A DNA stretch of 62,590 bases, the filler included, from Stramenopiles sp. TOSAG23-2 (Eukaryota), in the NCBI GenBank assembly GCA_900128395.1. It is 41 parts of 41 records of this genome, joined end to end, with 100 filler letters (N's around TTAATTAATTAA, not from the genome) between each part and the next. Parts side by side here need not be neighbours in the genome. Positions count along the whole stretch, not along the records: positions 12,293 to 13,726 come from LT652911.1; positions 13,827 to 15,259 come from LT652912.1; positions 15,360 to 16,792 come from LT652913.1; positions 16,893 to 18,325 come from LT652914.1; positions 18,426 to 19,857 come from LT652915.1; positions 19,958 to 21,389 come from LT652916.1; positions 21,490 to 22,921 come from LT652917.1; positions 23,022 to 24,453 come from LT652918.1; 33 more parts are not named here. One strand, 5' to 3'. The notes below the pieces were generated by a model, which worked only from the letters and a program-made list of their open reading frames with translations, ran no database searches and was not told the origin of the DNA. This document shows positions 13,213-26,083 of the stretch, piece after piece (position 1 is the first letter of the stretch; each line of letters begins with the position of its first letter). The position numbers were made by a program, and so were the translations under genes.

Positions 13213-14011
13213 AACAACAACAAACAGTATATATATATATTACAGTAATGAAATTACAACTACTGATATAATTATAGCACTATGCAAAAACATGTTATTT
13301 TAAAATACTGGTACAGTAGTTTAAATCAGTTTAAATCAGTTCAATCAGGTAGCAGGCGGCAGAGAGAGGATAAAAAGCTTTTTACTTATGTATTCTAAAT
13401 AGTTGATATCCTACCTATATAATTCATATAGTATATCGACACAGCATTATAATCTGCGCATGTATTCAATTATAGTCGTCTACCAGGTTAAGGTACTAAG
13501 TAGCTACACACAAATAACATTAGGAAAGAGTCTGACGACGCAGACTAAATAACATCAGTAGTCTTCATTTTTGCATGATGCTACCCTGGTACACTATTTT
13601 ATTTCCTTTATTTGAAAATGGCAATTATTTTTCTAAATTTTGGCACTTTGTATTTTCTTCTTCAAATTATAACTGAAAAAACTATGTCATATTGTGCATG
13701 AATAGATGATTGATGGAGTACTGGAGNNNNNNNNNNNNNNNNNNNNNNNNNNNNNNNNNNNNNNNNNNNNTTAATTAATTAANNNNNNNNNNNNNNNNNN
13801 NNNNNNNNNNNNNNNNNNNNNNNNNNGGAGTGCATTTAAAGTTTTTTGCGTACAGCCAATTAATTTACATCTGGTTTAATTATTGTGCATTGATAATTCA
13901 ATTATATTATTCATACGTTACTTATATTTTTTTTTATAGTCGAAAGCAGAAACTTTCTTTTATATTTATACTTATATAATTGCATTAATAATAATAGCAA
14001 ATATAGTAAAG

Positions 14012-15259
14012 ATGCCAAAAAGAAGCAATATTATTAATACTACAATTGTGTGTTTATTAACTTTTGCGAATCTACATACAAAAATATATTACATAAGTGC
14101 AACAGAATGGAATTGTGCTTCAACGTCAAACTCTGGTACATTTACCCGTAGTAGTGATTGTACAATATCAGGCAATGCTTATGTAGATGTTTCTGGTACA
14201 TTAAAAATTGTTGGTAGCAACGAAAATATAGATAACTTAGTTACAATCATTGCTGCTAATAATAAACGCCACTTTTATTTAAATCATATAAATTCTATAT
14301 TAATATTAACTAATATTAAATTGGGCGGCGCAGATATTAGTAGTAATGGTGAAAGTTGGGATAGTTGGGGTGGAGCAATATGTATTGGTGATAATGGTGG
14401 TGAATTAAATTTATATTCATCTCTTGTAGCCAATAACAAAGCATATTTTGGTGGTGGAATATTTGTATATGATACTACTAATACAAATGTTAAAAATGTG
14501 ATTATGAATATATATAATAGCACTATAACGAATAATGAAGCTACTAAACATGGTGGGAGTATTTATATGAAACATGCTGTTGGTACTATTATGAATACTA
14601 CCATTGACAATAACGAAGCTGTTGAATATGGTGGTGGTATGTTTATAGAAAATAGTGATTTAACATTGAATAATACAATCATATCAAATAATAATGCTAC
14701 TGGTGTTAATAATAATGGAGGAGGTGGCCTGTATATAGAAGGTGATGATTGTACAATCAATATACGTCAATCATCGTTTATAAATAATGATGCAAATGAT
14801 AATGGTGGTGATATTTATACAGATAAATCACCTAACATTTCATTGATTAACACATATTTTAATACTTTTGATATTTATGAAAGTAGTAATGGTTCACCAA
14901 CATGGAAAACATGTTCCGATAATTTATGTACAGAAAATCCATTTACTGGTACATGTAATGCAGTAGATAATACAAATTCAATACTTGGTGTCTTGTGTAA
15001 TTACAATGTAAATAGTTGTTCAGCAGGAGCATTGCCATTGCCAGTATCCGTCGCAATATCTGCTCCAATTACTACAGCGACTTGTCAATGGAGTTGTGCA
15101 TCTACGTCAAATACTGGAACATTTAAACGTTATGCAAATTGTACCATATCAGGAAATATTTACGTTGCTGTATCGAATACATTGGAAATTGTAGGTAGTA
15201 ATGAAGATATGAATAATTTAATTACAATCACTGCTGCGACAAATAAACGTCATTTTTAT
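14012..15259 (+). CDS. Secreted beta-helix protein with Pmp-like GGAI/FxxN repeats (partial)
   Basis: Hydrophobic N-terminus; repeated NNxA..GGGIF/GGSIY/GGGMF; module WxCASTSNxGTF.R...CTISGN occurs twice. Confidence 0.75.
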
Positions 15260-15359
15260 NNNNNNNNNNNNNNNNNNNNNNNNNNNNNNNNNNNNNNNNN
15301 NNNTTAATTAATTAANNNNNNNNNNNNNNNNNNNNNNNNNNNNNNNNNNNNNNNNNNNN

Positions 15360-16780
15360 GTGCATTAGGCTTTAGTACTAGCCGGATTATCTTGCATCGA
15401 GATAAAAGTGGTAACTTGACGCCTGGAAGTCTAGCACAAGAGGCAGAAATGCTTGCGCTTGGTAGAGGCGTTGGATTAGGCGGTGGTGGTATCTTTGAAG
15501 GGGCATTTGATTTTGCTACATATGATGATGTTCCGCGTGACAAGATGGACAAGGCTAAGATCAATATCCATGGTAAGAGAGAATGGTATTGGATGACTGA
15601 AGTCGCTAAAAATTATCGTGTAAGATTTTCGTTTGCGACTAGTGGAGAACGCATGAAACAGATGCGAGATTTTAACGAAGCAGAAGGAGAAGATCTTATG
15701 TTTGGGCAGGTTTTAATAAGGCCACAAGGAGTTCTACTATCAATGAATTCTAAAGTTAATCCATTTCGATATACACCTACATTCATGAAATTGAAAGATC
15801 AAGGTAAACATATGGATTTGCCAACGTTACGAGATGCACAAGTAAAAAGTGCAATTATTACAGAGGCAACAAACATGTTAAAAGAGAATAATACACCAGG
15901 ACAAATATTTAAACATGTAATGGGGCCACTTGGTCAAACTTATAAATGGTGCAGATCATATGAGCCGAAAAAAGAAGATTCAGTACGTGCCACTGCCAAA
16001 AGACTTGGTGTCCCAGAACATGTGGTGCTTTATGATTGGATGACGGAGAAAATGGCGGATGAAGAGAAAGGTATTTATCCCGTTGTGTGGCGCCCGATGT
16101 TCACACCAGATCCATCCTTGGAATGGACCAGGAAACAATTTGTTGAGCACTACAACGCATTGCCTGGTGTAGCTGATGGAGGGGCACATGGAACCGTTTT
16201 AACAGACGCAACAGCTAACACATCCATGATCATGTGGTATTATAGGGATAGAACTGTGGATTTTGGGCCAAAAATTGGCCTTGAACATGCTGTCATGAAA
16301 ATGACCTCTGCAATTGCTGATCTGTATTTCATGGAAGATCGTGGAAGAATATTATGTGGTATGAAAGCTGACATTAATGTTTTAGATATGGATAAGTTGA
16401 ATATACATGCTCCGAAATATGTAGATGATCTACCGGCGAATGCAACGCGATGGATACAAGAGGTTGATGGGTATGAATATACGTTAAAGAACGGTATTGT
16501 CACATTCATTAATGGTAAGCCCACTGGTAAATTACCAGGTGGGTTAGTTCGCAATCCACAAGCAATTCGAAGAAATAAAACGAATGACATACCATCTTTG
16601 ATACCTTGGAAAGACTTAATGTCGAATCAAATTCGTTTAACTGGGGAAGTTAGTACAAGTAATGAAAATCGGGATATTAGCTCTGCTTTAGGTCAAGACG
16701 AGATTGGCGGTTCTTCATTAGGTAGAATGTTAAACGTACTGGATGATGATACAAATTCAAGGGCAAAAATTAAAAAATGA
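15360..16780 (+). CDS. Amidohydrolase, N-acyl-D-amino-acid deacylase family, 5'-truncated
   Basis: PGVADGGAH, DRGRILCGMKADINVLD, DDLPANATRWIQEVDGYEYTLKNG...TGKLPGGLVR. Confidence 0.85.
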
Positions 16781-16892
16781 ACAGTTATATACNNNNNNNN
16801 NNNNNNNNNNNNNNNNNNNNNNNNNNNNNNNNNNNNTTAATTAATTAANNNNNNNNNNNNNNNNNNNNNNNNNNNNNNNNNNNNNNNNNNNN

Positions 16893-18325
16893 CCGAATAA
16901 AATAGATAATGTTAATGGCACACCCCAATGTGCACGTAATGCATCTAATGGTGAATCAAACATTGCATCCAAGCGTTGACCTGACTTTTTCAGTGTTTTA
17001 GCAAAGTCGGTAAGATGATTGCATTTACAAACTCCATCTCCCGTCGTTATACAACCAGTGCTAGACCATGAATTACTGGTTGTATCCCAATATTTACATA
17101 TTTCTTTATCTTCTAATTGTATGATATTGTTGCCATCAATAAAGCTAATATTTTTATTAACATCTTTACAAAATGAAAAAAATGAATTTGTTGATGGGTA
17201 ATAATTCATTGCATCTGTTTCCCCCCGTAACATGTCTGATAATGCAACACTTCTACCCCATAATACAATACTAAATATAAAAACGGGTAAAATAAGGATC
17301 AGTGTAATGTAAATTGGCCAATCAATGTAATAACATGTATCTACTCTTCTAACTTTCGAAGTGCATAGATAGGATATAAGAATAATTATAACAGCCAATG
17401 CAACGATTGCGCCTGAAACACACATTCCTAATATTAACACAGAAAACCCATGCAGAAAACGTGGCAATACATTTGTATTTGAACAAGTTAGTAATATTGT
17501 TATTACATATGCGATGACAAACAAAGTCAAAAAAATTCCTTGAGAAAATGCAACTCGTCTTCTTCCATCTTTAATTGTTTTGCGTCGATACATTAAAATA
17601 ATTAAAAAGATTAATCCGACTGATAATGTTAGGTAGTAAAAAATTGTACTAGACAAATGGCATTGAAGAATGTCCGCATCTGATATAAAACGGTTCTCGT
17701 TATCATATAAATATGCTCCTCCGTCGTTTACACTGCTTGTTGATGACATATTTGTTTTTAAAGCTTTTAAATGGGTACAATTAATGTAAATGGTATTATC
17801 GTTTTGTTTTTGAATGGTACTTCCGACATCATCTGTTGGTACTGATTTTTGTCTTGCTTCTCCTTTCAACAATAATTTTCGCCGCCGTCTTTTATTATTA
17901 TTTTTTATTATTTCATCTTTCGTATCTAATTTCAATGCCATAGGAGTCTCAAGATTATCAACTTTTAATGTTTTACCATCATTTGATAATATTGATATGG
18001 AGATTATGTTGGATATTACTTTACTTTTTGATAATATTTCATATGGATTTGCTTTCCACTCTACCATTGCAACATCCACTGAAGAATGATTCGTAGCTAA
18101 TTGTGTACCAAGGACTGGGGGGAAATTCAATTTAGATGTTCCTATATTAAAATCTTGATTACTTAATTTACTTGGCGTTTCTTTCTTTGTTACTATTAAT
18201 ATTTTTTTCGATTTAATTACTGCCGTTTCGCCAATAGTTAGATTTTTGGACTGCACTATTGCAATTTTACGAATAATATTTGTAAAGTTGTTGGAAATAC
18301 ACCAAATAATTTAATAATGTATTGT
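16893..18325 (-). CDS. GAIN/GPS-domain membrane protein (PKD1/REJ or adhesion-GPCR-like), partial
   Basis: GPS motif CKYWDTTSNSWSSTGC...CKCNHLTDFA followed by a TM helix; upstream GAIN-like strands (WKANPY, SNIISISI, LETPMALKL). Confidence 0.85.
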
Positions 18326-18425
18326 NNNNNNNNNNNNNNNNNNNNNNNNNNNNNNNNNNNNNNNNNNNNTTAATTAATTAANNNNNNNNNNNNNNNNNNN
18401 NNNNNNNNNNNNNNNNNNNNNNNNN

Positions 18426-19857
18426 CTTTTACCTTCAACAGCATCGATACAATCTCGTTATGGCCTTTCGATGCTGCTATCAATAAAGGTGTTTGTCCAT
18501 CTTTATATGCTTGATTCACATCGATACCTTTTACCTTCAACAGCATCGATACAATCTCGTTATGGCCTTTCGATGCTGCTATAAATAATGGTGTTCGTCC
18601 ATCTTTATATGCTTGATTCACATCGATACCTTTATAAGATCCATAACATCCATCTTTATATGCTTGATTCACGTCGATACCCTCTACCTTCAAAAACATC
18701 GATACAATTTTTTTATGTCCTTTCAATGCTGCTATCCATAAAGGCGTTTGTCCATCTTCACATGTTTGATTCACGTCGATACCCTTGACATTCAACAGCA
18801 TCGATACTATCTCTTTATGGCCTTTCTCTGCTGCTACATATAATGGCGTTTCTCCACCTTCATCTGCTTGATTGACGTCGATACCTTTTACCTTCAACAA
18901 CATCGATACGATTTCTTTATGGCCTTTCTCTGCTGCTATATATAATGGTGTTTGTCCATATTTATCTGCTTGATTCACATCGATACCCTCTACTTTCAAC
19001 AACATCGATACAATTTCTTTATGGCCTTTCTCTGCTGTTATATATAATGGTGTTTGTCCATATTTATCTGCTTGATTCACATCGATACCTTTTACTTTCA
19101 ATAACATCGATACAATCTCGTTATGGCCTTTCTCTGCTGCTCTAAATAACGGTGTCCAGCCATCTTCCCTTGGTCGATTCACATCGATAAGCGATTGATT
19201 CACATCGATACCGTTTTCTTGTAACAATATCGCCACAAGTTCTTTATGACCAAACCCAGCTGCTACCAATAATGGTGTCCAGCCATTTTCCGTTGGTCGG
19301 TTCACATCGATACCTTTTACCTTTACCAACATCGATACAATCTCGTTATGGCCTTTCTCTGCTGCTATATATAAAGGTGTTTGTCCCTCTTTATATGCTT
19401 GATTCACATCGATACCTTCTATCTTCAACAACATCGATACAATCTCGTTATGGCCTTTTTCTGCTGCTACAAATAATGGTGTCCCGCCATATTTCTTTGG
19501 TCGATTCACATCAATGCCTTTTGCTTGTAACAACATCGATACAATTTCCTTATTACCTTGATATACTACTTTATTTAAAGGAGTTTCCCCGTATACATTA
19601 GCTTGTTGATTCACATCGATACCTTTTGCTTGTATCAGCATCTTCAAAATTTCTTTAGAGCCTCCAGATGCCGCACGCCATAAAGGTGTACATCCATTTT
19701 TACCCGCTTGATTCACATCGATACCTTTTACCTTCAAAAGCATCGATACAATCTCTGTATGGCCTTTATCTGCTGCTATCCATAAAGGCGTTTGTCCATC
19801 TTCACATGTTTGATTCACGTCGATACCCTTGACATTCAACAGCATCGATACTATTTG
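18426..19857 (-). CDS. Ankyrin-repeat protein fragment (~13 near-identical 34-aa repeats)
   Basis: GQTPLYIAAEKGHKEIVSMLLKVKGIDVNQA repeated at ~102-bp period. Confidence 0.95.
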
Positions 19858-19957
19858 NNNNNNNNNNNNNNNNNNNNNNNNNNNNNNNNNNNNNNNNNNN
19901 NTTAATTAATTAANNNNNNNNNNNNNNNNNNNNNNNNNNNNNNNNNNNNNNNNNNNN

Positions 19958-20113
19958 ACACGGTGCAGGTAAGACAATACACAAACACGGTGCAGGTAAA
20001 TCACACGGTGCAGGTAAATCACACGGTGCAGGTAAATCACAGGTAAATCACACGGTGCAGGTAAGACAATTACACGAACACGGTGCAGGTAGGTGCAAAC
20101 AAATTACACGGTG
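19958..20113 (+). repeat. Minisatellite, core ACACGGTGCAGGTAAATC; more copies at 21270-21389 and inverted at 21038-21088
   Basis: Tandem imperfect copies seen directly; the contig begins and ends with the same 55 bp. Confidence 0.9.
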
Positions 20114-20945
20114 TACGCAACTTTTAATGCTCCCCTTAAACCAACATCGCCATCTTCAATTAAAATTAATGGTATATCGTTTACTATGTTGCTCATTTTT
20201 GGTCCTTGATTCAAATACGATTCAACTAAAATATTTTTTTGCTTTAATCTCCATAATACTTTACTCAGGATACCACCTGCAATGTATAAACCGGAAAAAC
20301 ACATTAATGTTATCGCGGATGCGCCTAATGCACGACCATATACATCTAAAAATAAGTCAAGTGCTTGTAATGCAAATAAATGACTAGTATTATCATCATC
20401 ATTATTCCTCGCGCACATACTAACATATGCACCTAGTTGATCTTCATCAATATCATTTAATTTAGCATCATGTTTATCGTTTTCCTCCAGGAAAAAACGA
20501 TAAACATCTGACAAACCAGGTCCACTTACAATACGTTCAATTTCAATATATTCACCATATTTATTCATCAAGAATTTTTTCAATCTCCACTCAATTTCAT
20601 TACGTGGGGAAAAACTATCAACCATTCCACCTTCACTTGGGAATACATTGTATTTTGTAAAACCACCATTTGCAATAGTTGTTGTTGTATCATCCTCATC
20701 CACAACATGAACAGGTGTTAAATATACTAATCCTAAACCTGTTCCAGCTCCCATACATCCAATTACTTGACAACTATCATTATTACCATTATCATGCAAT
20801 ACANNNNNNNNNNNNNNNNNNNNNNNNNNNNNNNNNNNNNNNNNNNNNNNNNNNNCTTTCAAAATCATTTATAAATTTAAATTTATTGACATCTTGTATT
20901 TTGAAAATTGCTGCTAAATTTTTCGCATATTCAAATTGACCCGGC
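20104..20945 (-). CDS. Glucokinase of the bacterial Glk family, 3' exon (internal scaffold gap)
   Basis: FINDFE, GAGTGLG, PSEGG, ERIVSGPGL, GLYIAGGI, VGLRGA; preceded by intron acceptor ...CTAAC...TATACAG at 20946. Confidence 0.9.
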
Positions 20946-21500
20946 CTGTATATATATATAATAATACAACATTATAATTTGTTAGAAAAAAGATATTTTT
21001 TTAAAGTGTATATATATTTTAAAACGGGAAATAGTATTACCTGCAAGTATTACCTGCTACCTGCAATTTACCTGCACCGTGTTTGTGAGGCGGATCGTAT
21101 GACCGATTGAATCCATTATATTTCAACGTGATTGGATCCATTATATTATATATATATATATATATATATTGCAGAGATATATCATGTTACAATTTTTAAA
21201 TCAATAACCGAATTACGATACCCCTGGACACTAACTAGCTTTTGTTTAAACAAACTTGACGCAACGCACTGTGCAGGTAGGTGCAGGTAAATCACAGGTA
21301 AATCACACGGTGCATGTAAAATGTAGCTTCACAAACACGGTGCAGGTAAGACAATACACAAACACGGTGCAGGTAAATCACACGGTGCANNNNNNNNNNN
21401 NNNNNNNNNNNNNNNNNNNNNNNNNNNNNNNNNTTAATTAATTAANNNNNNNNNNNNNNNNNNNNNNNNNNNNNNNNNNNNNNNNNNNNAATTAATAAAA

Positions 21501-22921
21501 ATGCAGCAAGGAATAGTATTAAATTGCACTTATGACCCGTTGAATCCTATACAATCACCATATAAATTTTTTTATCCAAATGGAAGTATTGTTACAAACG
21601 GGTATTTAATGAATGTCGACGGTTATAATGATCCGATATGTATATTTGAAACAAAGGCTTGTGAAGATAATAGCTTTAAAAATGCATGTTGTGAATCAAG
21701 TCATTCATTAAAAGCAGCAGCTCAAGTTTGGTTATATTCATTAATTGCATTTGGAGTACCATATATTATCCTGCAAGTGTGTATAAAGCGTATGGCACGT
21801 TCGNNNNNNNNNNNNNNNNNNNNNNNNNNNNNNNNNNNNNNNNNNNNNNNNNNNNNNNTATGAACAAAAATAGTACAACAATTACGCCACAAAGAGGTAA
21901 TATATGGTCTGCAATGATGAAAAATATGTCTCCATGTGCTAAATATATGTTTGTGTTTATATTTTTCGCGTCGATCACTGCTATGGTTTTTGAATCAATT
22001 ATAATGCCAAAATCAATACAACAAACTTTATCACCAACAGATCGTGCATCACAAACAGCAATGGATTCATTTTTAACACCCGTTGAAGAAATTTTTGCTT
22101 TTATTGAAGATACAATGACCGTAAAAGTAGGATATGCTATAGCAAGTATGCGATACAATGATTTAAATATATTATTGAATATATCTGTTATTGGTGGTGC
22201 TATATGTGGTGGAATTGCATTTATATTAATGGCCCTTATAGCATTAAATGATGATATAGCTGGATATATTTTAAATCCATCCGAAAAATCTAATCAAATG
22301 TTAATTAATAATGGATGCACATTAATTCCATCAACAAACGATTTATTACAAAATGCAAAAGTATATTGGCTTTTAAATTCAATGACTTGGATTCCATCAT
22401 TTATGTCAAAAGGTTTAGCAGGATTTTTTATCGGTATATTGGAATTATTTCCATATCTATTTCCAGGAATTATAAGCGCAGTGGTACCTATTTCACTATG
22501 GTTTGGTTTGTTAAATAATACGGATATATATCCATTAACTATATTAGGCATTTCAAGTTGCGCATCGACGTGGGTTATTTGTTTGACATATTTTACATAT
22601 TTAGGAATATACAAAAATCTTCGAAAAAAATATAAATTGAAATGTCTTTGTAATGAAATCATTGGTAATTTATTTTGTTGTTGTTGTCGTAATAATGATG
22701 AAGAAGATACTACAAGAAATGATGATAATTTTATTGATAGTACCTCATCAAACACGTTTATTAACAATGATGAAAGCAATAATAATAATACTGATACAGT
22801 TGATGATGCAATCAGTTCCTCCATGGATATTCGTAAAATAATACGAGAATGTATTTATGAAGGTTTTCAATTAATGTTGGTAGACATTGCCATTCAATTA
22901 AGCGCTTCAATAACAACATAT
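21501..22921 (+). CDS. MATE-like multi-pass transporter (partial; spans a gap and may be two genes)
   Basis: Many TM segments; IFAFIEDTMTVKVGYAIA resembles MATE TM2; preceded by a Cys-rich extracellular segment. Confidence 0.5.
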
Positions 22922-23021
22922 NNNNNNNNNNNNNNNNNNNNNNNNNNNNNNNNNNNNNNNNNNNNTTAATTAATTAANNNNNNNNNNNNNNNNNNNNNNN
23001 NNNNNNNNNNNNNNNNNNNNN

Positions 23022-24113
23022 CATAGATGCATTTCGTAACCATTTAATGACAGAGCCACCACGACCAATTAAACCACCAGTTTTTTCATTCGGTATTTGC
23101 AATTGTTTCGTTGGCAATCGTAAACTATTATTTTGCAATGGCAAGGATTGGCTGGAAGACGCTGCCGCCTTATTCTTTGCGTCGAGAATATTAGCCGCAA
23201 CTTGACCTTCGACTATTTTCCTTGCATGTTCTACCTGCTGTCGCATGCCATCAATGATAACGACGCGAAATGGTGCAGTACCATTTGTATTATCTCTCGG
23301 AATCTGCATGCCACAACCAGTTTCTGCTCTTGTACTCTTAAGCAAACTCCCACCACGACCAATAACACNNNNNNNNNNNNNNNNNNNNNNNNNNNNNNNN
23401 NNNNNNNNNNNNNNNNNNNNNNNNNNNNNNNNNNNNNNNNNNNNNNNNNNNNAGGTTTACCACAATTTCAATTGTATCATATTGGTAGCTTGATTAACAA
23501 ACTCTTCCGATTTAAGTTGCCCACCTTCCCCACCTCCAAGAAAAGCAGCTGCTTGAGAACCATTCCAACTTGGAGGCTGGGTGGAACCTTGTTGTTGTTT
23601 TTGTGGTTGTTCTATCCTTGGTCTTTTTGATGCGACTTCGCCAGTTTCTTCTTCGACATTTTGCTCAGACCTATTCTCGTTAGTATCTATTGTGGCATTT
23701 GTAGTCTTGTCGTCATCACGTGAACGCTTTCCACCAAGCACAGAAACCGCACTAGAATCGCTAGGCGGCGCTTGTTCCTTTTTGTCATTAGCAGATTCTT
23801 CTTTTGTTACTTCTGTATCTTCAGTTGTTGGTGGGGATAATGTTGAAGTATCAGTATTATTATTCGCTTCGTCATCTAAAGGTTTTGATTCTAATGTCAC
23901 ATCAATTTTAACCGTTGATTCTGAAACGTCTGGTACATTATCTACATTTTTAGTAGCAGATTTTTCTTCAGTAGTTTCACTATCTTTTGCTATGGCATCC
24001 TTTAGTGCTTGAGCAAGTTGTGCTTTTCTACCAACTGTTGATAAACCTCTTTTTTTTAGTTCTTCTTTTAGTTCTTTAACTTTTAAGGAATCGATATTTA
24101 ATTGAGAAGGCAT
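23022..24113 (-). CDS. SAP-domain + KH-domain RNA-binding protein (partial)
   Basis: SLKVKELKEELKKRGLSTVGRKAQLAQAL (SAP); VIGRGGSLLK and GLIGRGGSVIK (KH GxxG loops). Confidence 0.85.
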
Positions 24114-24553
24114 AATAAGTCTTGTCAAAATGTTTTATGCCAACAATGTTTTTTCCTCCTTTCTTTTTATCTCTTCTTTAAATCTGTTTTTATTAGATTT
24201 TTTATCGTAACGTTTTCTTTGTTGTTTTGGATGAATGTTATATGTGTTTCGATGTATCTATTTTCTGTTTGTTTTATTTATGGCTATGTTTGCTGATTTG
24301 CCGGTGGTTTGTATGTATTATTGTTGCTATTATTATTATTATTATTATTGCATCAGCACATCACTATAATATTATTGCATCACTATTATTTATTTTTAGT
24401 GTGATGTTTTGAACCCTAGGGGCGTACTTGTTTGTAGTCTCCGTGGCGGCGTTNNNNNNNNNNNNNNNNNNNNNNNNNNNNNNNNNNNNNNNNNNNNTTA
24501 ATTAATTAANNNNNNNNNNNNNNNNNNNNNNNNNNNNNNNNNNNNNNNNNNNN

Positions 24554-25113
24554 TTGGCTTTTTCTTAATTTCCATGGTTGTGACCATTGTAGATGTTGCA
24601 TATAATGATATGAAGGAAAATATAGAGGAAGAATTCGATAATGATGTTTTAGTTGCATCATTGCGTATTAAATTGAATAAATTTTACAAATGGTTGTTCA
24701 GTAAATTCCCACGTTACCTACCTAAAGCCAAGGATACGGCAATACCATTAAGCCAAGCGTTGAAAGCAAAAGCAGATAAGAAAAAGTATTATCAATGGTC
24801 GACGGAAGATCGCCTAATTATGATGGAAAAAACATTGCGAAGAGAGCGTAGTATAGTTGAAAATATCAATAAAAATGTGAAGGAGGAAAAGGCTATTTTA
24901 CGTAGAGCTAGCCGTCCAAGCGGTGATTTAGATATGATGGCAAAATTAGCAATGGAAGGCATGGCAGATATAGAGGAAGAAGTTGAGAATAATTCAAAAA
25001 ATGATGAAATGAGTATGCATCCGGATTGGGTGGATACACCAAAAGCTCATAAGAAGACACCGATGTCAAAAGCACAGCGACGAAAAAGTAGAGAAGCCAA
25101 AAAATCTGAATAA
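24554..25113 (+). CDS. C-terminus of a polycystin-2/TRP-like channel
   Basis: GFFLISMVVTIVDVAYNDMK resembles PKD2 S6 (FxLLNMFxAIIxDxYxEVK). Confidence 0.55.
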
Positions 25114-25609
25114 AAATTATATATATGTTAATGTTTAATAATTAATATTATTGTGCGTGTGAAGTAGATTGAGGAAGGTTTTTTTTTAAAAGGCGAGTGT
25201 TTGTGATAAATAATGAAAAAAGGAGAGAAGTCGTTCGGTAGTCACGCGAAGAACACCGCAGCAATTTTATACGAATAGTAATGGAGAGATCAAAAATTTA
25301 TATATAAAAAAAAAATAATATTTATCTTTACTTTTATTTGAATTTTTAGACCACGAAGGACAAATAATTTCTTTTAGTATATTAATAAGTACAAATTGCA
25401 CATATTTTACTATCAAACCTCGTGACACAATGTTGAAAGTTGCAAGTTGTACATACACATCTATAATTTTATAAGTGTAAATCCATATATATAAATCCAT
25501 TTCAAAAATTGTTATTACAAAAAGTACAAAAGCAAATTTTCTTTTAAATTTTTGGGTGTAAAAAACGCACTTACACACACTTTTCTGTAAGTAATATTAT
25601 ATTTTATTT

Positions 25610-25880
25610 TTAAAGATACCCACTGGATCTGGCACGACTATGTACCATTCTGCGCGCTAGTAAACCATCACCTTGTGGTAAAGCATTTTTACCAATAGAA
25701 AATGTCTCCGTTTTATTATTAAAAGTTTGAGATTTAATATCGACGACATTATAATAATTATTCTCTGCACCATAATAATGATTATTATAATCTTTTCCAT
25801 ATAATAAATTATTTATATTTGTTCCATTATAATAACTAACACCTTCTTCATTAAATTTACTATTGGTTTCATTATTGGTT

Positions 25881-25917
<37 letters not shown>

Positions 25918-25983
25918 TAAATGATGGCAATTTCATACCACTGATATTACTAAAATTGGTAGTTATTGTCGTTGTTGTTGTAC
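25610..25983 (-). CDS. C-terminus of an unknown Asn-rich protein
   Basis: Frame open from contig edge, poly-Asn typical of this genome. Confidence 0.45.
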
Positions 25984-26083
25984 NNNNNNNNNNNNNNNNN
26001 NNNNNNNNNNNNNNNNNNNNNNNNNNNTTAATTAATTAANNNNNNNNNNNNNNNNNNNNNNNNNNNNNNNNNNNNNNNNNNNN

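Noticed and set aside
19958..20113. CRISPR-like array
   Set aside because: No unique spacers, irregular units, eukaryotic context, no cas genes
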